A DNA stretch of 64,000 bases from NCBI GenBank assembly GCA_038087875.1, contig CM075993.1:6140001-6204000 (forward strand), given 5' to 3'. The notes beneath the pieces are model-generated. The model was given only the letters and a program-made list of their open reading frames with translations, had not been told where the DNA came from and searched no databases. The stretch is from Malacoraja senta (lineage: Eukaryota). Positions 13,401-23,880 of the stretch are shown here, piece by piece (the first letter of the stretch is position 1; every line of letters starts with the position of its first letter). Made by a program: the position numbers and the translations under genes.

Positions 13401-16400
13401 ATTGAATCGAGTCATTGCACAGCCATCTGGGCAAGGTAAAACACCAGTGAGATCAGAGGCTGCCTTCAATATCGCCCCCCCCCCCCCACCCCCCCGTACA
13501 AGTCAAACTCTCCTTTATCAAGTTTGTGGTCAGGATGGTTCGAGCGACCTGTGTTGAGATCGTGGTCTCCGCTACAAGCGTGGTTCGATTCCCACTCCTG
13601 ACAATCAAATATTTCTCTGTGAGAGAAGGTTTTAGTCGGACAAAGGGCCAGGTGTGGGCAAATGGGACTGGCTTGTATGTGGCATCTTGGTTGGCATGGG
13701 TGAGTTGTGCTGAAGGGCCCGTTTCTATGCTGCATGATCAGAGAGAGGCTGTGGGGAAAGTTGACCAACGAACATTGAACATGCAACACTACAGCACAGG
13801 AACAGCCCTTCGGCCCACCATGTCTGTGCCGACCACAATGCTAATTTAAACCCGTCTGCCTGCTGTTGGTCTGTCTTCCTCCATCCCCTGCCTGTTCGTG
13901 TGTCTGTCTATAGATTGCTCTCCTATCCACTTCCCGCACCTCCCCTGGCAGTGTTCCAGGCACCTACAACTCTCTCTGTATAAATCTTTTAAAATGTTCC
14001 CCTCTCGTATGGAAACTTGGAACTTTACAGACTTTAATCTTTTTCAAAATGCCTAACTCATCCTCCTTAATATCGACCTGTCCCAGAACATCAGTGTACC
14101 CTCCCTAATCTCACTATCTTTAAAGCGGTTGGGAGTTGAGGAGGAATTTCTTTAGCCAGAGGGTGGTGAATCTGTAGAATTCATTGCCATAGATAGCGGT
14201 GGAGGCCATGTCATTGGGTATTTTTAAAGCGGAGATTGATGGGTTCTTGATAAGTAAGGGCGTCAAAGGTTACGCGGAGAAGGCAGGAGAATGGGGTTGA
14301 GAAGGAAAAATAGGCCAGCCATGAACGAATGGCGGAGTAGACACAATGGGCCGAATGGCCTCGTTATGCTCTGATGTCTGATGATCTTATGAACTGCCCT
14401 CACAGTGTCAGCAGCCAACTCACCTGCGGCACTGCTTGGCCAGCTTGCAGGTTGAGCCTTCGGCAAACTGCTTCATGCTGCAGTCCGTGCCCCCTGCCGA
14501 GCCCACCTTGCACAGACCCTGGGAACAGGAAACAGATCATTATCCACAAGCTGAAGCTGAAATCAGGTCAGCTGCAGCAAGTGTGGTCGCCAAACAACCT
14601 GCACTCTGACAACTTGCATTCGCTTTCCAGACACACTTTATTTACCGTGTAGGAAGGAACTGCAGATGCTGGTTTACACCAAAGATAGACACAAAATGCT
14701 GTAGTAACTCAGTGGGACAGGCAGCGTCTCTGGAGAAAAGGAATGGGTGACCTTTCGGGTCAAAGCACTTCTTCAGACTGTGCTGTACAGTTATAGCTAG
14801 CTGCACGTCAGAGGATACCTATCTTTGCAAAGATGTACAATGCAAAGAATCTTGCAAAGAATCTTGCATTGTACATCAAAGAAGCCTCTCTAAGCTGAGG
14901 CTTTATAAAGCACTGGTCAGACCACATTTGCAGTATTGTGAGGAGTTTCGGGTCCCATATCTGAGGAGGGGTGTGCTGGCGCTGTAGAGGGTCCAGTGGA
15001 GCCGTACGATAATGATCCCAGGAATGATTGAGTTAACATCTGATCAACGTTTGACGGCACTGGGCATCTACTCGTTGGAGTTTAGAAGGATGAGAAGTGA
15101 CCTTCATTGAAACTTACAGAAATATGAAAGGCCTGGATAGAGTGAATGTGGAGAGGATGTTTCCACTAGTGGGAGTGTACAGGACTAGAGGTCACAGCCT
15201 CAGAATAAAAGGACGTACCTTTAGAAAGGAGATGAGGAGGAATTTCTTTAGTCAGAGGGTGGTGAATCTGTGGGAGTCCATAGATATTTTTAAGGGGGGA
15301 GAGTGGCAGATACGTGATTAGTACAGATGTCAGAGGTTAGGGGGAGAAGGCAGGAGAATGGGGTTGAGAGGGAAAGGTAGATCAGCCATGATTGAATGGC
15401 GGAGTAGATTTGATGGGCCGAATGGCCTAATTCTGCTTCTAGAACTTATGAAGAGCCTTGTGCTGCATAACAAATGAGTCCTTGCGCTGTACGGCCATCT
15501 TAACGTTCATCTTACTGCAGCTTCCACAAAGGCAAGGGCAAGCATCGTCAGGTCCTCCGTGTATGAAAGTTTAGCCATGCACATTAATAATCAGGGCCAA
15601 GATCTAACGACTGACCCCCTTTGCTCCACGTACATACAGTTTTCCTGAACTTCCTCCCCCTGAACCAGCCGCCACCTACCACCAGCGCGCGGATTCTGAT
15701 CTGGTCACTCTCGTTCTTCTTGTAGATGTCCTTCAGTAGGGTCACCCCGTTGGCAGTGATGAAGGAAGCCCTCTTGGATTTGCCCGCGGCGTGGATCAGC
15801 GCCTCCACGGCGACCAGCTGGTCCACCTCCCTCTCCGAGCTGCACAGGGCGATCATGCACTCCAGCACCCCGCTCATCTCCAGCACGCGGTTCCCGACCT
15901 CCGAGGGACCCTGCAGCAGGGTGGAGACCGTCTGGATCGCCTGCAGCTTGCCGTCCATTCCCGGAGACTCAAAGTGGCCCCTGCGCAGAGGGAGTACCCA
16001 TGTTAAAAATAAACATGACTGCACCAGGTACAGCAACCATGTATTGTCTTTCCGCTGACTGGTAAGCACACAACAAAAACTTCTCACTGGTCCTTGGTTA
16101 GCTTTGCCAACTATCACACTCCCAAATATGGGACAAAAGGTCAAAATAAGGACAAATTCCCGACAGCAATTCGCTGACCGACTCGGCCGTGGCTGGGTGA
16201 ACGATGAGTTGACCCGGGTGCTGGACTGCACACAAAGCCCAGCCGGCGGGCCAGCTGAGGAGTTTGGACCGGGCCGCGTGACGCCCGGCACCCCGTCCAA
16301 CTCATGAACCCATGATCGGCCATGAGAAGGAGGGGTGGTGGTGGTGTCGGCGGTAAGCGAAGGTCCGAAGGTCCGACAGCTGGCCGGGCTGCCGACCGAC

Positions 16401-18066
16401 CGACGGGGCCACGGGCGAGGCGCTGCTGCTGCTGCACTCCATGGGCTGCACTACGTCGGGACGGGTGAGGCGGGGGCCGGACGCGGCGCTCCGACTCGAC
16501 AGTCCCCTCGACCCGAGTAGTAGCGGTCAAATACGGGACAAGGGCGGTCCCGTACGGGACAAACCAATTTAGCCCAATATACGGGATGTCCCGGCTAATA
16601 CGGGACAGTTGGCAACTCTAACCTCAGTATACGTGACAATAACTAAACTCAACTCGAGAAAGAGAGAAAGAGAGGGAGACAGACAAAGAGACGGAGAGAG
16701 ATGGGGAGGGGGAGACAGGGAGACAGGGAGAGGGGGGTGGAGAGAGGGAGAGACGGAGAGAGGGAGAGGGGGAGAGGGGGAGAGAGAGAGAGGGAGAGAG
16801 AGGGAGAGGGGAGAGAGGGAGAGGGGGAGAGGGGGAGAGGGGAGAGGGGGAGAGAGGGAGATGAGGAGAGGGAGAGGGGGAGAGAGAGAGAGGGGGAGAG
16901 AGGGAGAGACGGAGAGAGGGAGAGGGGGAGAGGGGGGAGAGGAGGAGGGAGGGGAGAGGGAGAGGGAGAGAGGGGAGAGGGGGAGAGAAGGGGAGGAGGA
17001 GAGAGGGAGAGGGGGAGAGGGAGAGAGAGAGAGAGAGAGAGAGAGAATGGAGCATCTATTTTGGGAGTCTAGTCTCGGGCAAATAAACAAATAAATCATT
17101 CAGCAGCTTCTAGCAATCATTTTTTAATTTGCTCTCCTCTCCTTAAGCTGCTGCCTTTCATTATTAACTACCCTGGGTGTCAGTTAAGCTGCAGTTAATC
17201 ACCCCAATGATCGCAGTTTATATAAAGTCTTAGAGATGTACAGAAAACAGGCCCTTCGGCCCTCCTAGTCCACGCTGACCATTGGGTTATAGTCCCATTT
17301 GCCTGCGTTTGGCCCAAATCCCTCTAAATCTTTCGTATACATGTATATGTCCAAATGTGTTTTAAATGTTGTTACTGTATCAGCCTCAACTACCTCCTCT
17401 GGCAGTTTATCACCTCTCACCTTCAACCTATTCCCTCCAGTTCTTGATTCCCCTACTCTGGGTGTAAGGCTCATTCTCGCATTCCCTCGTGATCTTATAC
17501 ACCTATAAGATCACCCCACAGCCTCCTGCGCTACAAGGAATAAAGTCCCAGTCTGCCCAACACCCCCTAGTGATAAGGAGCGTCTGTCCTGGCAGCATCC
17601 TTGTAAATTGTTCTTAGGATAGGATAGAACAAGGATATGGGTGATCACTGGTTGGCACGGACTTAGTGGGCCGAAGGGCCTGTTTCCACACTGTATCACT
17701 AAACTAAAGGAATCATTGAGCAGGAAATGGAAGTGGGATTCATAGCTGAATATATATATTCCATGTACCAGAACCCTAATCGCGATCGCAGTGTATACAA
17801 TGCAATTTGAGTGGAACTAGGTGGAACTCAGCAAAGAGCAGGGGCTGGAAAGCTGGACTTGTCAGTCCCAACAACATGCATTGGCCACCCGTACCTGACG
17901 TAGTCCTCACAGAGCTTGTGGAAGGCTTCTCGCTCTGCGTCGCACTTGAGATCGTCGTAGAGTTTGTTCAGCAAAACCGACACGCTCATGCGACCGCTGT
18001 CCGTGACTGGAAGGCTGTCGGGAATCTCAGACACTGTCCCCGCCACTTCCAGAACCTTCTTCATTC
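1219..18066 (-). CDS. UNC45A: UNC-45 myosin chaperone A, partial (12 C-terminal coding exons; 5' exons not visible)
   Basis: Spliced translation gives UCS/armadillo-domain sequence (…DDLKCDAER…GPSEVGN…[10 protein letters not shown]…WLCN…NCTNSYD…[12 protein letters not shown]…[23 protein letters not shown]…[23 protein letters not shown]…WLEILQAL…AVEYGLIKP). All exons have GT/AG ends and compatible phases, apart from the indels noted. Residues such as [18 protein letters not shown] and AVEYGLI match UNC45A rather than UNC45B, from recall. Confidence 0.95.
2003..2158 (-). CDS. UNC45A: UNC45A exon [27 protein letters not shown]…KLTQV, 156 nt
   Basis: Acceptor tctcag, donor gtgagt; inside ORF 1862..2170. 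Confidence 0.95.
2341..2658 (-). mobile_element. HE1-type V-SINE
   Basis: Same structure. Further copies at about 1608-1875, 20590-21110, 22140-22370, 32295-32548, 42845-43156, 46585-46910 and 55822-56133 (-), and 5244-5340, 50345-50590 and 51098-51590 (+). Confidence 0.88.
4197..4314 (-). CDS. UNC45A: UNC45A exon [39 protein letters not shown], 118 nt
   Basis: Acceptor ttttag, donor gtgagt. Confidence 0.95.
4705..5241 (+). mobile_element. CR1 LINE 3' fragment
   Basis: ORF 4555..5151 C-terminus and ctattgtctattgtctat tail. Confidence 0.92.
5355..5470 (-). CDS. UNC45A: UNC45A exon [38 protein letters not shown](R), 116 nt
   Basis: Acceptor ttgccag, donor gtgagt. Confidence 0.95.
5843..5990. 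mobile_element. Penelope-derived fold-back mini-element with 15-bp TSD, inserted in a CR1 fragment
   Basis: cattccatatgccca at 5828-5842 and 5991-6005; the two arms are inverted. Confidence 0.85.
6340..7300 (+). mobile_element. Nested CR1 fragments
   Basis: ORFs 6308..6835 and 6823..7299; one CR1 subfamily interrupts another. Confidence 0.88.
7442..7555 (-). CDS. UNC45A: UNC45A exon [38 protein letters not shown], 114 nt
   Basis: Acceptor ctcacag, donor gtaagt; inside ORF 7346..7717. Confidence 0.95.
7768..8454. mobile_element. AT-rich non-autonomous DNA transposon, unclassified
   Basis: TIRs TAGCGATGTTACAA…TTGTAACATTGCTA with flanking direct repeat cttacag (7 bp) or acttacagt (9 bp). Confidence 0.8.
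8794..8884 (+). mobile_element. Penelope-derived mini-element with hammerhead-like head and 14-bp TSD
   Basis: Starts at CTGAAGAAGGGTTTCGGCCCG; flanked by cctgacatggacca at 8780-8793 and 8885-8898. Confidence 0.85.
9315..9381 (-). CDS. UNC45A: UNC45A exon [22 protein letters not shown], 67 nt
   Basis: Acceptor attccag, donor gtgagt. Confidence 0.93.
10094..10219 (-). CDS. UNC45A: UNC45A exon DKA…[34 protein letters not shown](R), 2 nt short of frame
   Basis: Acceptor atgtag, donor gtgagt. 126 nt where flanking phases need 128; GCAAGTATGTGGGGAACGG appears to lack one A and one G. Confidence 0.88.
11970..12062 (-). mobile_element. Penelope-derived mini-element with 14-bp TSD
   Basis: tcctgtattgtaca at 11956-11969 and 12063-12076. 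Confidence 0.85.
12136..12276 (-). CDS. UNC45A: UNC45A exon [47 protein letters not shown], 141 nt
   Basis: Acceptor ctctccag, donor gtaggc. Confidence 0.95.
13284..13426 (-). CDS. UNC45A: UNC45A exon [47 protein letters not shown], with a +1 frameshift at 13337-13339
   Basis: Acceptor gcccag, donor gtacgt; 143 nt, one G too many in AAGGGAG. Confidence 0.9.
14424..14518 (-). CDS. UNC45A: UNC45A exon [31 protein letters not shown], 95 nt
   Basis: Acceptor ttcccag, donor gtgagt; translated by hand. Confidence 0.95.
14890..15452 (+). mobile_element. CR1 LINE 3' fragment, older subfamily
   Basis: [12 protein letters not shown]…RTRGHSL…[10 protein letters not shown]. Confidence 0.85.
15680..15980 (-). 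CDS. UNC45A: UNC45A exon [12 protein letters not shown]…IRIRALV, 301 nt
   Basis: Acceptor gcgcag, donor gtaggt; inside ORF 15584..16300. Confidence 0.95.
16099..16620. mobile_element. hAT (Blackjack-like) MITE in a UNC45A intron
   Basis: Termini TAGCTTTGCCAAC…GTTGGCAACTCTA, repeated subterminal ACGGGAC, degenerate 8-bp TSD. Confidence 0.7.
16655..17046. repeat. Polypurine (GA/GGGGAGA) low-complexity tract
   Basis: Almost entirely G and A for about 390 bp. Confidence 0.95.
17895..18066 (-). CDS. UNC45A: UNC45A exon (G)MKKVLEVAG…[20 protein letters not shown](R), 172 nt
   Basis: Acceptor gattag, donor gtacgg; overlaps ORF 17828..18064. Confidence 0.93.
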
Positions 18067-18445
18067 CTAATCAGTGCAGACAGGGGCTATTAGATACATG
18101 GCGAGGAGCAGAGGCAAGGGCGAAGCAGTATTGCGTGGAGCATGGAGATTAGCACTGACCTGCTGGGCTGAACTCTGCCAGTGAATGATACAGAAGTTGT
18201 ACCACTGTAAAGCAAGGCCAAACATTCCCCAAAGGTTCTCTTGCACCACAGGCCTCAAGCTGATCTGAGAGCAACACCACTCTAATGTATAGCTCTAATG
18301 GCAACCCATTGTTTCTGCCTGCTCCTGTCCCACTGAAATAATTTCCACGTACCTCGACTCCATCCTATCTCCCCCTGGCCCAATCCCCCCAACATATGTC
18401 CAAGATGAAGTCTGATGAAGGGTCTCAACCTTGAACGTCACCTAT

Positions 18446-18645
18446 NNNNNNNNNNNNNNNNNNNNNNNNNNNNNNNNNNNNNNNNNNNNNNNNNNNNNNN
18501 NNNNNNNNNNNNNNNNNNNNNNNNNNNNNNNNNNNNNNNNNNNNNNNNNNNNNNNNNNNNNNNNNNNNNNNNNNNNNNNNNNNNNNNNNNNNNNNNNNNN
18601 NNNNNNNNNNNNNNNNNNNNNNNNNNNNNNNNNNNNNNNNNNNNN
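18446..18645. other. Assembly gap (200 N)
   Basis: Run of N characters. Confidence 1.
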
Positions 18646-20835
18646 ATGCGACTAGACTCTAGAAAGCAGTCACTAACAAAGTCATTAAAATGTTAGTTAT
18701 CTTTAGAATTAATAATTTTTCTTCATTTTCTTGAAGTTAGTACATAGTAGTTCGATTTTTACAAAATAATGTACATTTTGAAGTAAATCTAATTGAAGTT
18801 TCTTTGATGCGGCCTTATTAGGTTCCAACATACAAAGGTTCCCCACCCCTCGACTACACCGTATTCGTTTCAAAAGGCAACAGATCTGTCAGTTCAATAA
18901 CCAGAGTCAGGAAAAGGACAAGAGGGCAGAAATGGCTTATATCAGGCGAACATGGATAGCTGGCGTGCATGGATAGCAAATGGCCTCTGGAGAACATGGA
19001 TAGTTGGCGTTTCGGGTCGGGACCCTTCTTCAGTCTGATTCAAAGGACCCAGAGTGCAGGAGTAACCCAACGGGTCAGGCAACATCTCTGGAGAACATGA
19101 AGGGTCCCAAAGCAAAACATCACCTGGAAAGGCAAAGGCGTGGAAAGGCAAAATGCTGGAGTAACTCAGTGGGTCAGGCAGCAAACTGGGACCATATGGA
19201 TGGGTGATATTGACAAGTTGGGACCCTTCATCAGATTGATTGTAATGAGTGGGGAGGAGGGGGGGAAAGGGAGGGAGAAGGGGGGAGGAGCAAGAGAGAA
19301 ACTGGAGGCGTGAAGGGCAAACTCTCTGTAGAAGGGTCTCGACCCAAAACGTTGCCCATTTCCTTCGCTCCATAGATGCTGCCTCACCCGCTGAGTTTCT
19401 CCAGCATTTTTGTCTACCTTCTCAGTCTGAAGAAGGGTCTTGACCCAAAACATCACCCATTCCTTCTCTCCAGCTCCAGAGATGCTGCCTGCCTTCGGCA
19501 GAGTTCCTCCAGCTTTTTGTGTACATCTTCGGTGTAAACCAGCATCTGCAGTTCCTTCCAACACAAACCAGGGTCGCATACAGATGACTTGGGACAGGGT
19601 GGTTCCCCGTTAGGTCACTTGCTGGTTAGGGACAGTGAACCTGGAACCCATGCGCTGATTTAAAGGGCACAGCGACTAACATGACCTCCGTGAAGGCATT
19701 TGGCCATGCTGGTGCTGCAGAGGGTTTGGCATCCAGAGTATTGGCACCTTGCAGTTCACAAAGTTAATGGCATCAAGCAGGGAGTTAATGGTGTGGTCCC
19801 GAGGGAGCTGTTATTGGGTGAGAAAGCTTAGAGGACATCCAACACCAAATGGAGACAGGCAACAGATCAAATCCTTGTGGAACGTTTAAACTCACACGGC
19901 ACGCTGCCTGGATGCACATGCAGTATTGCAGCAAAGAAATGCTGGAGGAACTCAGCGGCTCAGGCAGCATCTGCGGAAGGTAATAGACAGATGATTTGGG
20001 TCGGGACACTTCAGACACTACCGGATGTCTAAAGACGAGTCCCAATCCCCAAACGATGCCCGTCCGATCATACCCTCCGCTGATGCTGCCCGCCCCACCG
20101 AGTTCCTCCAGAACTTGTGCATCTGCATTCTCTTGCATTTCCATGCAGTATTGCGTAGCTGGTTAAAGCAACATCAACTTTTTTTTTTTTTAAGTCTGAA
20201 GAAGGGTCTCGACCCCAATCGTCACCCATTCCTTCCCTCCAGAGATGCTGCCCATCCCGCTGAGTTACTCCAGCTTTTTGTGTCCACCAACAAAAATGTG
20301 TGGGAGGAACTGCAGATGCTGGTCTACACTGCAGATAGACACAAAATGCTGGAGTAACTCAGCGGGTCAGGCAGAGGAAAGGAATAGGTGACGTTTTGGG
20401 TTGAGACCCTTCTTCCTGTAGAACTTTTAAAAAGTTAGAGCACAGAAAACTTTAGTAAGCTTCTTCAAAGAAGGAATAATACTGAGAGCAAAGCAACCGT
20501 GATAGCCACACAATCTTATGTTAAGTCTTCAGGGAGACACATCTGGATATGTCCAAGTAGTAGCCATCAAAGGTTTACACTATACATTGTTCAGTTTAGA
20601 GATACAGGCCCTTCGGCCCACCAAGTCCCCGCCGATTAGCGTTCGATGCACATTAATACTATCCTACACACACCAGGGACAATTTACAATTAAACCAAGT
20701 CAATTAGCCCACAAACCTGTGCGTCTTTGGAGTGTGGGAGGAAACCGGAGAAACCCCATAGGTCACAGAGGGAACGTAAACTCCGTAGGAACAACACCCG
20801 TAGTCAGGATCGAACCCGGATCTCTGCCGCTGTAA

Positions 20836-21076
20836 AGGGCCTGTCCTACCTGGCCATTTTTTTCGGTGACTGCCGGCATCATTGACTGACGTATCAGGTC
20901 ACCAAAAAGAAAATCGTGGCGTGATGCAGTGCGATGACATATGCCGCGCGGTGTTTTTACAAGTGACACAACATTTTTTTTGTCACCGCTGGATTTTGAA
21001 ATGCCCAAAATCTTTTGGCAACCCTGATACGAGGCCAGCAGCCGCCGAAAAAAAATCGCCAAGTGGGACAGGCCCT
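20836..21076. mobile_element. PIF/Harbinger-like MITE inserted in a SINE
   Basis: TIRs AGGGCCTGTCC…GGACAGGCCCT with TAA TSD on both sides; removing it restores the SINE sequence gctgTAAggcagc. Sister copy at 56946-57201. Confidence 0.9.
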
Positions 21077-23464
21077 TAAGGCAGCTACTCTACCGCTGTG
21101 CCACCGTGCCAGTCTCATTGTGACCCCAGCGATGGGACAGTAATAAGGAGGGAGTGGGCAGTTGTGTTTATCTTTTTGAGCGGAGGGATGACCTGGGAGG
21201 GGTACATAAAATTATGAGGGGGTCGGGAAGACATGTCGACATTTTTTTTTTCCCCTCTCCCCATGACCCAAGGAATTTCTACACCTGGTGCATGGAGCCA
21301 GCAATGCACGGCCATAGTGGGGGCGGAAGGTACCCAAATGTTTCGTACGCAGCCAAGCACGTGAATCACAAGGACAGAGAAATCTACAGAACCGATGAAG
21401 GGGAATGGGACCGGATCAGAACTGGTTAACATTTGAACACTCGACATAATGGGCAGCGACAGTGGAGCCACTGCCTCTCAGCGCCAGGGACAGAGGGTTT
21501 GATCCTGAACCCTGGTGTCGCCAGCCTGTTAGGATCACAACGGTTATTCCCCCCCCCCACATCCCAAATCGTGCGGGTTTGCAGGTCAATTAGCTTCTGT
21601 AAACCGCCCCTAGTGTGTGGGAAATGGATGCAAAAGTGGAATTTCAAAACTAGTATGAATGGGTGATCATCTATCAGCTTGGTGGGCCAAAGGGCCCGTT
21701 CCCATGCTGTATAGTTTAGAGATACAGCGCAGAAACAGGCCCTTCGGTCCACGCTGACCAGCGATCCCCGCACATTAGACAAAAGATGCAGGAGCATTCG
21801 AGCCAGCACCGCCATTCAATGTGATCATGGCTGATCATCCACAATCAGTACCCCGTTCCTGCCTTCTCCCCTTATCCCCCCGACTCCACTATCTTTAAGA
21901 GCCCTATCTAGCTCTCTTGAAAGTATCCAGAGAACCGGCCTCCACCGCCCTCTGAGGCAGAGAATTCCACAGACCCACCACTCTCTGTGAGAAAAAGTGT
22001 TTCCTCGTCTCCGTTCTAAATGGCTTACCCCTTGTTCTTAAACTGTGGCCCCTGGTTCTGGACTCCCCCAACATCGGGAACATGTTTCCCGCCTCTAGCG
22101 TGTCCAAATGGTTAATAATCTTATACGTTTCAACACCATCCTACACCCACTAGGGCCAATTTTTACATTTACACCAAGCCAAGTAAACAACAAACCTGCA
22201 CGTCTCTGGAGTGTGGGAGGAAACAGAAGATCTGGGAGAAAACCCACGCAGGTCACGGGGAGAACGTACAAACTCCGTACAGGCAGCACCCGTAGACGGG
22301 ATCGAACCCGGGTCTCCGGCGCTGCATTCGCTGTAAGGCAGCAACTCTACCGCTGCGCCATTGTGTCCGCCCTGAACTAAACTTGTGTGCAAGTGTGAAT
22401 GAGTATTAGGCGGGATGAATTTTTCCAGCTGCTATAGGGTTGCAGGCATCTTCTGCTGGCTGGAAAATCCCATCACTGATATTCAGTTTATTTCTAGTTT
22501 GTTTATTATTGTCACATGTACGGAGTTACAGCAAAAAGCTTTTGTTTGCCTGCTATTCTGACAATTACAAGATTCTATATAACTGCAATCAAACTGGCCA
22601 CAGTTTACAGACACAGGACAAAGGGCAAAACATTTAGTACAAGTCCAGTAACGTCCAAATAAAGACAGTTCAAAGGTCTCCAATGAGGTAGATGGGAAGT
22701 CAGGACTCTAGCTGGTGAGAGGACGGTTCAGTTCATGTGGAAGACACAAAATGCTGGAGTAACTCAGCTGGTCAGGCAGTATCTCTGGAGATTATGGATA
22801 GGCGATATTTCAGATCGGAACTCTTCATATTCTCCAGAGACGCTGCCTGTCCCGCTGGGATACTTCAGCACTTTGCGTGCTTTGAATCTGTCTGTATAAG
22901 GGTCCAACACAAAACGTCACCTATCCATGTTCTCCAGAGATGCCGTCTGTCCCATTGAGTTACTCCAGCACTTGTGTCCTTTTGGATTAAATCAGCATCT
23001 GCAGTTCCTCGATTCTACAAATACACGGCTTGCCAGCTGTCAAGTCCAGCAGCCTTTAGTCTGAATAATTAGTGATGGGTCCCATTCATTAATAAATACC
23101 GACAGTGGTGGTATAACATCAACTCTTCTCTGGCAACCAACTACTACTCCTGCCTCAGGAGCACTCTGTACAATGATTGCTCACTCCCCAAAGATAGACA
23201 CACAAAGCTGGGGTAACTCAGCGGGACAGGCAGCATCTCTGGAGAGAAGGAATGGGCGATGTTTCGGATCGAGACCCGTTCCTTCTCTCCAGAGATGCTG
23301 CCTGTCCCGCTGAGTTACTCCAGCTTTTTGTGTCTATCTTCGGTTTAAAACCAGCATCTGCAGTCCCTGCCTGCACATCTTGCTCATTCTCCAGGTGATT
23401 TCTATTCTTCCCACATTCAAAAAAAGGTGCTGGTTGATAGCTTCATTGGCTACCGACCGGTAAT

Positions 23465-23880
23465 CAGTTTAGTTTATTGCCACGTGGACCGAGGTACAGT
23501 GAAAAGCTTTTGTTGCTCGCTAACCAGTCAGCGGAAAGACAATACATGATTACAATCGATCCATTTACAGTGTACGGATACATAAGGGAATAACATTTAG
23601 TGCAAGGTGAAGCCCAATCAAAGATAGTCCGAGGGTCCCCAATGAGGTAGATAGTAGTTCAGGACTGCTCTCCAGTTGTGGTAGGATGATTCTGCTGCCA
23701 GATAACAGCTGGGAAGAAACTGTCTCTGAATCTGGAGGTGCGTTTTCACACTTCTTTCCCTTTTGCCCGATGGGAGAGGGGAGAAGAGGGAGTGGCCAGG
23801 GTGCGACTGGTCCTTGATTATGCTGCTGGCTTTGCTGAAGCAGCGTGAGGTGTAAATGGAGTCAATGGAAGGTTGGTTTG
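23465..23880 (-). mobile_element. Rex1/Babar-type LINE 3' fragment
   Basis: PSIDSIYTSRC…IIKDQSHPGHSLFSPLPSGKR; related pieces at 42456-42780, 48235-48665 and 52216-52530. Confidence 0.75.

Noticed and set aside
16569..17099. Ser/Pro/Leu- and Arg/Gly/Glu-rich ORFs
   Set aside because: Translations of the polypurine tract in a UNC45A intron
1219..18066. Calling the gene UNC45B or a processed pseudogene
   Set aside because: Diagnostic residues match UNC45A, and introns and splice sites are intact
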